From Eledone cirrhosa (lineage: Eukaryota), in the NCBI GenBank assembly GCA_964016885.1, contig OZ024743.1:373364001-373428000 (forward strand): DNA of 64,000 nucleotides, read 5' to 3'. A program made the position numbers and the translations under genes. Below, in pieces: positions 62,601 to 64,000 of this stretch. The notes under the pieces were generated by a model. That model did no database searches. It was not told the origin of the DNA and saw only the letters and a program-made list of their open reading frames with translations. Position 1 is the stretch's first letter. Each line of letters opens with the position of its first letter.

Positions 62601-64000
62601 ATACCTTTGGTCTATCTCTTTCACATTACATGTCCATACCTTTGGTCTATCTCTTTCACATTACACGTCCATACCTTTGGTCTATCTCTTTCACATTAGA
62701 TGTCCATACCTTTAGTCTATCTCTTTCACATTACACGTCCATACCTTTGGTCTATCTCTTTCACATTACACGTCCATACCTTTGGTCTATCTCTTTCACA
62801 TTAGATGTCCATACCTTTGGTCTATCTCTTTCACAACATTACATGCCCATACCTTTGGTCTATCTCTTTCACACTACATGTCCATACCTTTGGACTATCT
62901 CTTTCACATTAGAGGTCCATACCTATGGTCTACCTCTTTCACAACATTACATGTCCATACCTTTGGTCATCTCTTTCACATTACATGTCCGTAACTTTGG
63001 TCTATCTCTTTCACATTACATGTCCATACCTTTGGTCTATCTCTTTCACATTACATGTACATACCTTTGGTTTATCTCTTCCACATTACATGTCCATACC
63101 TTTGGTCTATCTCTTCCACATAACATGTCCATACCTTTGGTCTATCTCTTCCACATTACATGTCCATACCTTTGGTCTATCTCTTTCACATTACATGTCC
63201 ATATCTTTGGTCTATCTTTTTCACATTAGATGTCCATACCTTTGGTCTATCTCTTTCACATTAGATGTCCATACCTTTTGTCTATCTCTTTCACAACATT
63301 ACATGCCCATACCTTTGGTCTATCTCTTTCACATTACATGTCCATACCTTTGGTCTATCTCTTTCATATCACATGCCCATCCCTTTTGTCTATCTTTCAC
63401 ATTAGATGCCCATACCTTTGGTCTATCTCTTTCACATTACATGTCCATACCTTTGGTCTATCTCTTTCACATTACATGTCCATACCTTTGGTCTATCTCT
63501 TTCACATTATATGTCCATACCTTTGGTCTATCTCTTTCACATTACATGACCATACCTTTGGTCTATCTCTTTCACATTATATGTCCATACCTTTGGTCTA
63601 TCTCTTTCACATTACATGACCATACCTTTGGTCTATCTCTTTCACATTACATGCCCATACCTTTGGTCTATCTCTTTCACAACATTACATGCCCATACCT
63701 TTGGTCTATCTCTTTCACAACATTACATGTCGATACCTTTGGTCTATCTCTTTCACAAAATTACATGTCCATACCTTTGGTCTATCTCTTTCACAACATT
63801 ACATGTCCATACCTTTGGTCTATCTCTTTCACATTACATGTCCATACCTTTGGTCTATCTCTTTCACATTAGATGTCCATACCTTTGGTCTATCTCTTCA
63901 AGATTACATGTCCATACCTTTGGTCTATCTCTTTCACAACATTACATGTCCATACCTTTGGTCTATCTCTTTCACATTACATGTCCATACCTTTGGTCTA
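38640..64000. repeat. Satellite array >25 kb, 35-bp monomer (38-bp variant), roughly 700 copies, running off the window
   Basis: Consensus catacctttggtctatctctttcacattacatgtc; +3-bp variant tttcacAACattac; head-to-tail with no spacers. Confidence 0.99.

Noticed and set aside
38640-64000. CRISPR array or repetitive protein gene (many MSIPLVYLFHITCPYLW ORFs)
   Set aside because: Monomers are head-to-tail with no unique spacers and no cas genes; ORFs appear in all three frames simply because the 35-bp consensus has no + strand stop.

Overview
AT-rich, repeat-dense animal genomic DNA; the SINE/LINE repertoire and (TA)n/(AAT)n/(GAT)n microsatellites suggest a cephalopod such as Octopus (inference). 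The window holds the middle of one large + strand gene, a BLTP1/KIAA1109 (tweek/LPD-3) bridge-like lipid transfer protein orthologue. I reconstructed 19 consecutive GT-AG exons (848-38082, 5481 nt, ~1827 codons) with all phases matching; start and stop lie outside the window. Introns carry a near full-length but disabled Tx1/L1-clade LINE inside a (TCTG)n tract, RTE LINE fragments, three SINE families, piggyBac-like MITEs (one split by a non-autonomous Helitron), and a Penelope-like inverted repeat with a hammerhead ribozyme motif. A second hammerhead-like motif lies antisense at ~8.3 kb. From ~38.6 kb to the end (>25 kb) is a 35/38-bp satellite with mosaic higher-order structure. Most striking: this satellite monomer, and independently a 30-bp minisatellite at 19.2-19.8 kb, appear to derive from the same conserved RTE-LINE coding motif (R-W-x-G-H-V/M). 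Several other arrays derive from TE ends or from host splice junctions.
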